DNA of 63,660 nt, counting the filler, from Folioceros fuciformis (Eukaryota), in assembly GCA_049999805.1 (NCBI GenBank). It is 9 parts of 9 records of this genome, joined end to end, with 100 filler letters (N's around TTAATTAATTAA, not from the genome) between each part and the next. Parts side by side here need not be neighbours in the genome. Positions count along the whole stretch, not along the records: positions 17,798 to 25,523 come from JBNGIO010005223.1; positions 25,624 to 39,385 come from JBNGIO010005226.1; 7 more parts are not named here. One strand, 5' to 3'. Below the pieces are notes generated by a model that was not told the origin of the DNA, did not search any database, and saw only the letters and a program-made list of their open reading frames with translations. Of this stretch, positions 19,555 through 32,630 are shown piece after piece (the stretch's first letter is position 1; every line of letters begins with the position of its first letter). A program made the position numbers and the translations under genes.

Positions 19555-21842
19555 TCACGACAGGTGAGATAATGCCCTTTGCCTAGAAGACCATGAATGT
19601 GTGAGTGTGAGCTGTTCTTCTGTACTATTGTAGGAAGGAGCTTCAGTCTCCGGAAGCTCTTGCAAGATGTCTTTGAGAGTCGAAGTAATGTGTGGAAAAT
19701 TGGGTCTCTTGCCTGGCTGCTGACACCATGCCGACGTTATTAGCTCAACCAGACCAGTGTGAATAATTACCTTGGGCAGAGCAGGTCGGAGGTTGCCATC
19801 AGCAACAGACGACGCAATCTGTCACAAGCATTGAACATTCGTCAGTGTCCGTTTCTGCGTGACAAAAGACTGCTTGACAACGTCCAAATATGTAATGTTG
19901 CACACCTGAATTGCGGTGTAGCTTGTTTCGATGTACGGTCTATCCCCTGTTACGAGCTCGCACAGCAAAATGCCAAAACTGCAAGAAACCGGGAAAGAGT
20001 CACATCTGCTTGAGATACAAACAAATATAGTGAAAAGCTGAAAGTGGAGAGGAGACGCACACCTGAACACGTCACACTTTTCATCGTAATGAGCATGTTT
20101 CATCACTTCTGGTGCCATATAGATGTAAGTGCCTGACCACATTTGTTGCATCCGTTATGAGCAAGTCACGTGTTTGAATGTGCCATGTATTAGCTTAATT
20201 GCAGTGCTTACCCGTTTCTCCAGTCAACACTGCAGCAGGCGTTTGCAACATTTTTCCAAATCCGAAGTCTGCAATTCGGGGATGCAGATGCTCATCTAAC
20301 AAAATGTTGCTCGGTTTCAAATCCCGATGCAAGATCCTCGGCCGCTGCTCCTGCAAATACTGCGGTACTGGAGAGCTTGAGCTTGAGTGTTTGTATTCTT
20401 CACGGATAAACGCTCGTTGAAACAGCGGAAAGGTTTGTGACGTTTTGCATACCTCCATTCCTTGCGAGATCTCCAATGCCACCCGAAGTCGTTCATAGAG
20501 GGGAGGTAGAGGGTCTTTCCTCTTCCCTTCTCTGGCCTTATCACCATGCAGCCACTCCATGAGCGTACCCCCTGAAAGGTACTCTGTGACCAACCACGCG
20601 TAGTCCGGTGGTTGCAAGGTTGCTCCCAATAATCTCAAAATGTAAGGATGCCGCTGCCTTGCAACCAGCTCTACCTCCTGGCAGAACTTGTCTACGCCAT
20701 CCTGTCCCCTTCACAGGACGTCTAGAAGTCAAGTAAACATTGATCCGAGGGAATGGAATTTCAAGCTTCCACCCAGTGTAGCTTACTTACCACAGTTTCA
20801 TGGATTCGATGGGGAAGAATGCACTTGACAGCAACATCAAGGCCACGCCACTGCGCCTTGTAGATGTTTGCCGTGGTTCCCTCTCCAATGAACTCACCTA
20901 GTATCACCTGCAGGTGCAACAGAGGAAAGTCATGCTCTTGCAAAGCTTTCGCAGTGGTTGTGGATAGATCCGTTGCCACTTGGCGTTCACCACTGAACGG
21001 AAGCTTGTTGTGCGGTTCCACTTGCCTCAGAAGACTCAATGAGCCACCCATGCTTCTTGGCTTTGCGCCTCAGCTTGACGATCCTAGGAGGAAAAGCGCT
21101 GTTGTCCAGACGATCAGTTTCAACCTTTCCAGCGTCACAGAAATTCGGGTCTGCCACATCCATTCCTACAGCACGTGGATCTACACCGTGGTCAACGGCA
21201 ATCTGGCGGCACTGCCTAAGAGCCTCGCCGAGGGTGGCGGCCTGATCCCTGAAGCACCTCTTCACCTCGTACTGCATGTTCCGCTGCGCCTCCAGCTCCG
21301 CCATCTGCATTGCATCCATGACCTCTTCACTGCTCATGGAATGCGAACTTTCATAGTTTATCTGCAGGTCACTAGCATTCAATGGACAGCGCCAAGTCAC
21401 CTGCGCTTTGAGCTCTTCATTCTCGGCCATGAGCGATGTGATCGAAGCTGCGAGCTCCTCCGTTTCCAACTTCGGTTGACCCTGGCATCAATCCACCTCT
21501 TCCAGGGTCACGCAGCCAGCCAATCGCCAAGAATCTCAGACAGCAATCATAATGATCAGGAGTCTACAGACTTCAGTCTGGATCCACGGCACATATAATT
21601 ACCAAATGCCTCTCGTAGGAAAATGATTTCTGCCGCGTGCTTGAGTACATGGAGATGACGCTGTCACCCCTGGTTGCAAGGCTTTCACCTGGCTGTTGAT
21701 CCTCAGCTGCCTGACGCCGGCCGCCAATTCCTATGTGACGCATCCAGTTGCGCAGCCAGGTCGCCATTTTCGAAGGCACTTGCCGGGAAACCGATGGCTC
21801 CCGTGAGAGCCTAGCGCTACTGGACTTGAACGATGAATCCAT
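19555..21842 (-). CDS. Multi-exon Raf-like/STY (TKL) protein kinase with N-terminal coiled coil
   Basis: Exons encode WLIESSE|VILGEFIGEGTTANIYKAQWRGLDVAVK, ILHRDLKPSNILLD, IADFGF, GTYIYMAPEV, CDVFSFGILLCEL; stop TGA at 19557-19555; start codon uncertain. Confidence 0.88.
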
Positions 21843-22538
21843 GGTCCAAGTTCTACTTGCATCGAAATGATTTGAGCCGCACCGCCATCGGGTTTTGATA
21901 GCAAGGTCGCATTTATGAAGTTCCAGGCTTAGAGTTGCGGTAGCTCCAAAGCGGACAAGCAAGTACTAGTTCTGGCTTCGAACGTTCCGCCCGACTGCCG
22001 TCCAATGTGTGACACGCCAGCGTCATTCTTGCAGCTAATCCATGCTGGTGCAGCTCTGCAGACACAGAGCATAGTCACCAATGTAAGATTTCCAATGTTG
22101 GCGTTGGGTTGGGTTTGACAGGCTGTGGCACTTGCGTGAAGTACCAAATCGGCACCGAAAGCCTCGGGTAGCTCTTGTTATTCCTTCGGGTTCGTCCTTG
22201 ATCCAGAGCAGTAACAGCTGAAGAACAGTTCCTGGAGAAAGGGATTCACGAATACAAGCCCGAGTTCAATCAATCCCATCCCGCTCCATGTTTTTTTTAC
22301 AGCAATTGTCGAATACAGTTACACTATATCAGCCCTAGGTAGGTGCACGCCGGATTCCGCAGCGATGGTGTCGGCCTGACGTGGATGAATGGAAGCCTAG
22401 AATTGGGGGCACGACCTAAGCTTGCCGGCGTCGCCACAACATTCTGCACTCCCTGGCAGTGTGTTTTTTTACAGGTCCCAGGGCGCACGCCGCTCCCAAC
22501 TGGCGTACCAGATGTACGTCGGTGGGCGGCCTGCGCCG

Positions 22539-25248
22539 TCAGACTTTGGAGGAGATGGAGTAAGTGTCGGTGACGTCCACCGGCGGCTTTTTGCTCCTGA
22601 CTGCCTGCATGGCGAAGAAGTCCGATATGACCTCAAGAGGCAAGCCCTTGGTTTCCGGCACTTTGAGGAGGACGAATACCCAGGCGATGACGGTGACGAG
22701 GGCGAAGATGCAGAAGACACCTTCCAGGCCCAGCTCTCGATTGAGCACCGGAAAGGAGTAGGTGACGATGATGTTGCACACCCACATGGCAGCTTGGCAC
22801 ATGCCGATGCACAGCCCCCGCACCCGGGTAGGGAAGATCTCGGAGCACATGATGTTGGGGATGGGCCCGAATCCCATCACGAAGGCGCAGGTGAAAACCG
22901 CCACCCCGGCAAACGAGATGGCTGCCTGCACCAGCCCTGTTGTGAGTATGGAGTTGCTAATCACCACGCAGATCAGCGCCAGCGCCAGGAGCGGCAACGT
23001 TGCCAGCAGTAGCTGCCTGCAATGCGTGCGTGCAAGTAGTTAGCAACAGTTCTCAGATGCGGACGAGACATGTCCTTGGTCGACATTGAAGCTTGGACAC
23101 CCTGCAGCTCTGGGAACCGTGGACTGCAGTTGGAACCACTCAAACGCAAACGCCGTGAATTACCTCCGGCCTGCCCGGTCCATGAGTCGCATAGCCAGCA
23201 CAATGCAGGGGAGCATCAACAAGCAGGTAACACCGCTGGCGAGGATGGATGCCGAGTCGGCCCCGACGCCGATTCGTGCGAGCAGCACCTCGGCACCAGA
23301 TGCCTGCAGGATTTGGGGCGTGAAGTAGAGCACCGCGTTTATGCCGGAGAACTACAGATACGCAGAGGAGAGAGAGCGATGAGATTCACTTCAAGGCAAA
23401 AGAGAGAGAGAGAGGAGAGGAGGTCCGTGGTGAGGTGAATTTAGTAGTACCTGCTGCAGGATCTGCAAGCCGAGGCCGACGAAGAGCGCTCGCCGTACGC
23501 CGGGGACGAGCAGGTCTTGCCAGGAAGGGCCGGACACGGTTTCCAGAGGATGCGCCACGGCGGGGCCGTTGCTGTGCTCGGAGCTGAGGATCTGAGCGGG
23601 CTGGCTCACGAGCGCAGCGGCCTGGTAGGCCTCGACCTCGCCGATGCCGGGGAGGGAGAGCGTGGAGCCGGCATGGGAGCTCATGGCTCGGACGGGCTCA
23701 GACAGGAGGTAGACTCGCTGCAGGCTCCCGCCGTCGCCCAGGTCAGAGCCGGGCTTGGCGTCGGGCGCGGGGGTCCATCGCCAGGCCAGCTGCCACCCAC
23801 TCCCAATGTTGCCCACGCTGCTGAGGGATTCGGGGAGGCTGGTGCCGGGGTTGAAGCCGGATCCGAGATTGGAGACCTGACCCTGGACCGTCCACACCGG
23901 TTGGATATCCGCAGGCGCGTGCCACGTGTGCCCGTGTCGGGAGTCCTTCCTTTGCAGCGGCGATGACGGGAAGAAATTCGCGGAGCTCCGGCGGGAGAGC
24001 GGGCCCGGCAGATCCAGCCTCCCGCTGGACGGTCGGGAGAGGAGGAGCGGCGACTTAAGGTTGTCGTCCCCTCCCTCCCCGGTGACGTTGTCGTCGGAGA
24101 AGTAGCCGATTGCGTTCTGGTTCGGTTCATCGTCCCACTCCTGGATGAAGTGGTCCTGCAGGGAGCCGATGACGGTCACGACGGGATCGATGAGCGGGTG
24201 GCCCTGGCCTGGCTCCATGCTTGCCTTCCGGGACAGGATATGCGGCGGCTCCGGCTCCTCCAGAATCGGGTGGCGAATCCAGGCGAAGGCTTGGGGCTGA
24301 TCCTGGAGGGAGTGGAATGTGGCGGCGCCGGTGTCTTCTCCTGAGGATTCCACGTCTCCAATTATCTCCGGGTGGAGCAGCCATTCCTCCAGCCGACTGC
24401 TCTGCGCCACGCCCAGACCCTCCACCAGCAGGGCCAGCTCCGCGGAAACGTCGTCGGTGCCGCGGAGGTTCTGGAGCACCATCCTCGCCTCCAGCATACG
24501 ACCCTTGGACACCAGCCAGCGGGGAGATTCCGGGAGATAGAAGATCGAGAAGAGGAGGAAGATGAGGGACGGCAGCAGGATGACGGCCAGCATGAACCTC
24601 CAGTTGGGATTGGCCGTGAGGGACACCACGAACACCATGACGTAGGCGACGAAGAGGCCCCCCGACCCCATAAGCTGCGGGAGCGTGGAGAGCTGGCCTC
24701 GGATCTCGGGAGGCGAGGACTCCGCGATGTGGAGGGGGCTGATGGTGGAGGCGAGCCCGATGCTGCACCCGATGAGCACGCGCGCCAGAATGAGCACGTA
24801 CACGTCCGGGGACCAGGCCATGACGCACGCCCCGACGGAGAAGAAGAAGGCGGACACCACCAGCATGCTGCGGCGGCCCAGCCAGTCCGCCGCCGGGCCT
24901 GCACATGTGGTGCTGGTGACGGCCCCGATGAGGGTGGAGGCCACCACCAGGCCCTCCAGGGTGGGATTGTTTTCAAGATTGAATTCCGGCTTGATGAAGA
25001 GCAGCGCCCCTGGCACAACAAGGGCAGTGCACTCCGTTCAAGATTGTTAAAGACTGGCAGGTGAGAAAGGCAATGGAATTGCAGCAAGCAATCAAGCAAG
25101 CAAACGAACGGAACAAACTAGTTCTGGAATGGATTTGAAGAGGAATGAAAAATGGATGCTGACCAGCGATGGCGGCACTGTCCCAGCCTTGGAGTAAGTT
25201 GCCGATGGTGGCGGCAAGCGCCACGGTCCGGGCCCCCTTGGACCTCAT
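22539..25248 (-). CDS. TST: Tonoplast monosaccharide/sugar transporter (TMT/TST family, MFS with large central loop), multi-exon
   Basis: GNLLQGWDSAAIAG, ADWLGRRSML, PESPRWLVSKGR, IGSGWQLAW, LQILQQ, GFGPIPNIMCSEIFPTRVRG, KVPETKGLPLEVI. Confidence 0.93.
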
Positions 25249-27135
25249 GGTTGTTGTGGCTGTCAGGGTCGGGGCCGGGACCAGGGCCGATGTCGATGTC
25301 GATGGAGGGCACAGGCTCCTCAGGAGCCCAGTGAAGGCAGCCCGAACAGGCAGAACATCATGGCTGCGGAAGTAGCGGAACACACAAGCTCTCGGCCTAC
25401 GCTACCTCTGCCTAGCCTCTCAACTGCAGCTACAAATACAACGCAAGGAGCAAGGTGGCCATGGAGAGATCTGGAATCCGGACGGCGGACGGCGGACGGA
25501 ATGGGTCGGGACGGCGTGAAAGGNNNNNNNNNNNNNNNNNNNNNNNNNNNNNNNNNNNNNNNNNNNNTTAATTAATTAANNNNNNNNNNNNNNNNNNNNN
25601 NNNNNNNNNNNNNNNNNNNNNNNGGGGGCTGGACAGCAGCGCCACGGGAGGGGGATCGCTGCACCGTTGCGGCGGCGCTGGCTCTACTGCTCTGAGGTGG
25701 CGGGGGGGAAGAAATTGTTTCGTTGCCACGGCTAGGGAAATTGCCCAGCAGTGGGCTGATGCGCCACTGTGGTGGTTGGAGCGTTGCTACTCCACTGCGG
25801 CAAGGAGGAATTGCTCAGCAGCAGAAAAGGGGAATTGGCGTCAGCAGATCGGGTAGGGAGCAGCAAGGAGGGGCGGGCTAGCAGGCAGGTTCAACGCCGG
25901 CAGTGGGCTGAATTAATTGCCCAGCAACGGGCGGCACGGGATGCTGGAAATCGGGACAGCTGTGGGCGCGCTGGGGCAGTGATCTAGAACAGTAGCCTGG
26001 CGGTGACGGGTCCTTTGGCGGCTGATCTTCAATGCACGGGCTGATGATGGTAGTAGGAGCAACATGATTGGAATCGAGCTGGAAAATGAGCTAAAGAATT
26101 AGCTGAGCAGGGCGTTGGCAGAGATAAGAGGAGAGCAACCTGAGCTGAGAACTCAAGCCTGGCTTATTGGATCTAGGCTGGAGCTGGGTAGAAAGGAAAA
26201 AGAAAGAACATGAGAGATCGGCTAGGAAGAGGGGTTTTGGTTGGAAATCGGGATGAGCTTGGAGTTGGAGCCAGAGCTAGATCCAACACTCTTTGGCTAG
26301 CAACAGGATGGGAAAGGTAGGGAGAATGCGGGGGGGAGAAAAAATGGGAAGCACAACAAGCAGCCCCTCCAGCACAATGAATCAGACCCCAACAGCGCGT
26401 AGGTTCCTCTGGTTTGCTTCGCCAATAGGATCTGAAGCCCGGTACCCCACCCTCCTACCTGCAGCTTGAATCCATGGACAAAACAAGACGGGGAGATGGA
26501 GAAGGAAGGGGGAAAAGAGGAAGCGGGGACAAGAGGAGAATGGAGGATAAGGCTGTCTCTNNNNNNNNNNNNNNNNNNNNNNNNNNNNNNNNNNNNNNNN
26601 NNNNNNNNNNNNNNNNNNNNNNNNNNNNNNNNNNNNNNNNNNNNNNNNNNNNNNNNNNNNAGGGATGGGAGCGGCCGCAGTCCCTGCCCTAGCTAGGGCA
26701 CGACCGTTTAGTCCATCATGCAATCAGGCAGCCAGACCTGACATCTAACCCTGACATACCCCATATTCCCACTCCTAGGTTCAAACAATCATTTAATATT
26801 CTATTATTTATTATTATTTAATTATTAAATAATATATACCTTTAATTAATATTAAACCAATCACCAAACCTAGATTCAAACTTTCCTGACCCTATGGTTC
26901 GGTACCAAACCTAATATTTTCCAGGTCTGGGACCAAGCCTATACCCACTCTAATAATCGAACCAATTATTCCATGGTTAGTTAACCTAATTAGAACAAGA
27001 AATAATAGGAAAAATGGCCAGAAAATAAAGGAAAATTAGGGGAAATAAGTAGGAAAAGAAAACCATACCATACCATACCACTATTAACCCTTTTTTAACC
27101 AAAACAAACCACAACCCCAAACTTTGAAGGTTCAC

Positions 27136-27460
27136 AACGAGTCCCAAAGAATTCCTAAGCCGCTTTACAACAACAATCAAAGTGCTATCGCATTTACATA
27201 TAATTTGAAGTTTTATGCTCAAACAAAACACGGGGAAGTGCAATTTTATAAGACAAGTAGTTGACGAAGGCAAACTTCTCGTTCTATATTGTTCAACAGA
27301 ATAGATAACAGCTGACGTGATTACAAAGGCGCTTAGCTCCGTCAAACACCAAGATTATACAACGAATATGGGACTAAGAAGAATATAAGAAGTTAGCTAA
27401 AATACTCAACACAATAGAAACTTAGACCTAACGCTAGGCACTAAGTGGGAGTGTTATTAA
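27136..27460 (+). mobile_element. Ty1/copia RNase H end plus polypurine tract remnant
   Basis: Degenerate YCSTE...ADVITKALS followed by agtgggagtg PPT at ~27444. Confidence 0.6.
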
Positions 27461-27619
27461 TGCATATCTACTCCCTAGGTTAGGGCACGTTTCAGTCTAT
27501 AGACTAGATACCAAAAGTCGAACTTAAGCGAATGGTTACGCGTACGCTCACAGCGTTTTACCTCTATACTTAATGATCACATTTCAATGCAAATCTAATC
27601 CTGAAAATCACAATATCAA

Positions 27620-28566
27620 GAAGAGATGAGCAATACAACAAAGGAGATCTAGTGTGGCTCAAGGTGAAGCCCAATCGCTACTCAAAGCTGCAAGAAGGTA
27701 AAGCAAAATTGTCCTATAGGTATGTGGGGCCATTTACAATGAGTAGAAAAATTTCTGCTGTAGCATATTAACTACATTTGCCTAAGCCTTGGAAGATGTG
27801 TAGGACATTCCATGTGTCCTTGCTGAAATGGTTTGTGGGAGCCCCACCTTTATAACCGTTCTTAGATGGACTTTCTAACCCTCATGCCAAGTTGCCTAGT
27901 AAACCAAGGACTATAAAAGTGCTTGAGTTTCACCTCCTAGGTGAAGAGGGATAGCTCCTACCAAGAAAGTAGGTAGCCAATGGGAAGGGGGGGGGGGGAG
28001 GGGCCATTCAACAAGCAAATCAATCTAAGAAATTTGAATGTTGGTGGTGCTCTCCTTTCCTAGCCTGTAGCGGCGCAAGCCACAAGGGAGCGAGCTTTGC
28101 GAGGTAGAACCATCTATGAGCTCTTCATACGTTGGATGGGTGATCAGGTTGTGGAGCTAACCTAGGAGTCTAAAGCTTTCATTGATGCATTCAAACACCT
28201 TGTCAAGTCTCAACTTGGTGATGAGGATGGACAAAATCCCCTAAAGGAATTCTAGGGAGGAGGAGGATGTCACGGGAGCTAGGTAGACCGTGATCCAAGG
28301 ACAAGTATGCTATCGCACCTTATTAGTACATAGAGGAGCAGCCACCACTGAGATGGAGGATTGCAGCAAGGCAAGCTAGCTAGGGATAGAACTAACCATA
28401 GATAAGGCTAGACTAGGTTAGTTAACTAGACCATAGTTAGCAAACCTCATCTAAGAACACAAATCAAATGGGGGCCACAAGTCGTAGAGGTCCGTGCACC
28501 AAGATCAAGACGAGGGCTCTTCTTTGGTCTCCTATAGTCGCGCTTGTGCTCTTGTGTGCAGTAACA
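27620..28566 (+). mobile_element. Ty3/gypsy (chromovirus-like) 3' end: integrase C-terminus, degenerate chromodomain, PPT and LTR
   Basis: GDLVWLKVKP...YVGPFTMSRKISAVAY*LHLP...FHVSLLK; chromo-like YELFIRWMG...T*E; PPT gggaggaggagga then tgtcacggg at ~28268. Confidence 0.7.
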
Positions 28567-31500
28567 ATCTAAGGCAACCGAATGGAGCACATTGAATCAA
28601 GGAGAGGGCCCATAAGTTGGAGGTAGAACTCAAAAATCTACAGCGAGGTCACAACCTTGAAGCAAAGTCAATGTAGAACAGGCCATTCAAATTTAGGAAC
28701 TACATGTGGGAAAAAACCTGGCAAGTCACCAAAGAATAGCATGCTCAACAATTGGCCAGTGTAGAAAAATGAAAAGGTCAGGGGGAATGGCAAGGACTGT
28801 CAGCAGTACATCACATGCTAATTGTATTAAAACAAGAGATTTTGTGCTAATTATGTCAAGTAATGGAGCTCGATAGCACATGGGAGAAGGTTAGAACAGA
28901 GAGCATGGAACTATAGCTCTAGTTGGTAGAGGCAACCTTCCAGATCTCTGTGTATTAGAGTAAGACGAAAGACCTGTGAACCAAAAGAACTTGACAAAAT
29001 CGCCCTTTGCAATCAAAGGGTAGAAGTTGATCTAAACAATTTATGCTCAAGGGAAGTGAGGAAATAAGGAGACTCCTTACGAAACAAATACTAGGCCCCA
29101 TGATGCTGATAAGAAGGTTGTGGTGACAACACCTCGGGCACCTCACCGTTGAGGAGGGGGCCTTGGGCTGCCTCTAGTGTCCACACTTATCACACTATTG
29201 TCAAGACGTTGGGTTTCGTTACCATAAAAAAGCGATATAGTTTCTCTCTGTCCATCAGATGGATGGATTGAGGGCTTACCTTTCTTACTACATCAACTCC
29301 TAAGTCAAGCATATCTTGTCCAGGCCCCTATGTCACAGCCAATTGGATAGACAATTGGGTCAACTTCCCTGCCAACTCATAGACTAATGCAGCATCAGAT
29401 GCTTCTTACAGTTAGTCCTTCCAATAACCTAGGACAATCTACCAGATCTTAAGAACATCTTCCAAAGACTGTGCTCTATCACCTAGGTAGACCTCCTAAA
29501 ATTTGTGTAACTCATACACTTTTGTGCCAGATTTGAGGGCTCTCTTCTAGCTCCGGTGAAGCATAGGATAGACTAGATACTCTAGCACTCCTTGGTGCTT
29601 TTCCCTCAATAGCTAGCTACACTCCTACCACTACTCATCCTACTAACTCCCCCCCATCAGGCAAGAGCTTCCAAACTAGGTTAATGCCAAGAGAGAAACA
29701 CACTCCCCTTGGGATACCTCCACCCCATAACCTTACTAGATACCACGTGATATGTCCAACACCAAACCCCTGTTCAACCAAGAAACAATAGTGGACATGT
29801 TAAGAGAAAGATGTACCCTTTACAATAAACAATTAAGAGTAAGCCCCTCAACCGTGGCCACTACACTTCAGATCCCACCAGACACTATGCATAAACACAA
29901 CCGGCACCACCACTTGGGCAAGAGCAAGGAGGGACAGAATAGAAGGGCAAAGTGTGACAACTTAAAGCCTACAGGCTCACTCCACCTTATAGGACCCCTC
30001 TCTCTCCTACCTCATCTCTCTCTCGCTAGGTAATTACTATTTTAATGAGTCAACTAAATTAGTGTATGGAGTCCTTATGACACCATGGAATCAAAGAAGA
30101 GACCTAGCCTAGCACTTCATACTACGATGTGGTCCCATTTGGGCATACTTTCATCCCTCTTGCTCTTAAGACTCATAGGGCTATGGCTAAGAACTTTTCA
30201 AGGTTCATCAAGGAGTGCGTTAAGATTTATTAGAGTCATAGGAATGTTGTTCTCCCTCTTTCCTTTGTGGTGGTCTTCTTTCAACAATGCGTATCCATTG
30301 CTTTGCAAAGAGCATTGGCCAACGCGATTTTTAGAACAGCAACAAGTGCTGGTCAAACGGCTTCTTCAGCACTAATGGTAGGTAGGACTTTTGTTATTCC
30401 ACATTATGACATTTTTAGAGCAATAGGTAGTTTTTGAGAATGATGTTCGAAGGGGCTAGTACCCCTTTTGGCCTTTGGCCCTGCTCGGATTGTTCCTCCA
30501 ATCTTTGGAGTAAATAGGATGTTTCATATCTTTTTCAATAATAGAAAATACATTCTAAATAGTGTATTATCACCAATGACTAATTTAGGCTTTCCTAGCA
30601 TGTGTCCCATCATTAGTATTAATGAGCCAACCATACTGCCAACTAACCCTACCACCACAAGGATCTTCAAACTATCCTAAGGTATTGAATGCTAATTAAT
30701 CTCCTTAGATCTTGTGGGTGCCGTCTTTTGGAGATTGCTTCCTTGGTCTTCTCCTTTCATTGACCTACTCTCTAGATGGCGTGTCCCCTGTACAGTCAGA
30801 TCTGTCACTCGGACAGTCACTTCCATTCCATTTGTAACCCCGTCTAATAGTTCCCACAACAACTATCTCACAACTATCACATTTAATAGTCCTTCAACTC
30901 CTCGAATTGACCATTTAGTTCCAAAAATTAGTTTACTGACCTCTGGTCAATAAATATTTTAACCCCACGGTTAGTTGGTATACTGACCTAAGGTACATTA
31001 GCTTTTAACTAGGAAAAACACAACATTAGTGTGAGTGGGGAGTTGCAAGAACTAAGCTCCTAGTGGAATTTAAGGATTTAAGATAGCACATAAGCAACAA
31101 TCTATCTAGCCGGTAAATCAATAAAATTGGTAAATGTCGGTAAAGCCAAAAATCCCAAAGGGACTGTTGGTAAGTCCCACACCTAGGTAGTGATGTGGCA
31201 AAAACCTCCTAGGGTTGGTGACAAAAGTGGGATGAGTAGGCAAAGTGGCTAGAGAAGGAGAGGTGTTAGTAGGTAGAGTTAGGCTTAAAAATGGTGATTC
31301 TCATAGCAAAAATGAGACCAGTAGAAAGGTTGTTATGGCTGCTAGAGTTTGACCCAAGGGTGTCGGGACAATCCTTGAACTATCAAGCATGTGAGGTAGG
31401 TGGGGAAAGTAAATTTGTCATGAAGGTGACCGCCGATTATGTAAGAAACCCTCATCCAATGTTGTTTAGAATAGAATAGCAAATATATATCTTAAGTAAA

Positions 31501-32630
31501 CGAATGCTAGGATAAATGAACCTAGCTTAGCTAGATATTTTGCAAACTAGCTTAGAAATAGCTAGATGTTTCTAGGCAAGTTGAGTCGGAACACATGTTG
31601 GGTATTTCCCAACTTGTTGTTGGTGTAACCCTACTGCCCAACGTGGGAAGATAGCATAACTTAGGGTACAGTAGCAAGGCATCATGGAAGGAGCAGCGCT
31701 GATGCAAGAGCATGAAGCCAACTCAGCTGGACGCTGTATCGTGAAGATGGTTGGTGCTAGGCAAAAGGGGAAATAAGGGCAAAAGTCGGTAGTTGTTGAA
31801 GTTGCGCCGCGCAGCACTATAACTTGGGGAAGGCAGCTCAAACCCTTTTTTTGTGTTCTCTGGAATTGGGAGCTAGGATGAAGAATGTTTTCAGTGCCTT
31901 TGATTCCAGAGTTGTAGTTCATGGCGTAACTTACTGACTCACCAAGTTGCGTGTGTCACGCAGCTCCTTTCAAACCCAGATTGCTGCAAGTCTTTGTTGC
32001 AATCTCTTCTTCACTTCAACAACGTTTTCAATCTGGGACAAGCATGCAAGATGTGGGAGCAAATGAGCTGGGTGGAGGCGGCCATGCAACTACAGCAAGG
32101 CAGCATCACCCACATGCCCTAATCGTGCTAGCAGCAGCAGCAGCAGTTCAACTCCAACAAGCTTTTCCAACCTTCCAGAGTTCATAGCGTCCGTTACAGA
32201 GGTTGATTGCTTTAAATTCACATACCGGATTGTTTGCCTCATTGAGACAAATCCATTGGTATAATTTTTGTTCAATTCAGAGTGAAATCCAGGGACTAAA
32301 TGCCTTGGAGGAGTTGGTCACCTAGGGTTTCAGTTGGGGAATGTTGGCTATTTGCAGCCAACACTCCTTTTGTTGTAGCATACGGGCTAGGGCTCTTGTG
32401 GACAGTGACATTTCAGGTCTTTCATTACATATAGCTTAGCTCTTAGCTTAGCTTTTAGACCAGCTTCCTACAAGTCCTTTTTTGCAACTGTGACTTTGGC
32501 ATTTCACAGTTCTGGACTAGTATGGTTTTCTAGCTTTAGCAGCAAGCCTGACTACAGTACTGGCTTGCCTTCTTTTCCTCTTCCAGCCTAGTTAGCTGAC
32601 TTGTTGTTTGTTGTGCATGTTCATGGGGGA

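Noticed and set aside
23517-25099. Many overlapping ORFs within the sugar transporter
   Set aside because: Shadow frames of a GC3-rich exon.
30085-30460. Possible hAT transposase dimerisation remnant on the minus strand
   Set aside because: The resemblance is too weak to support by eye.
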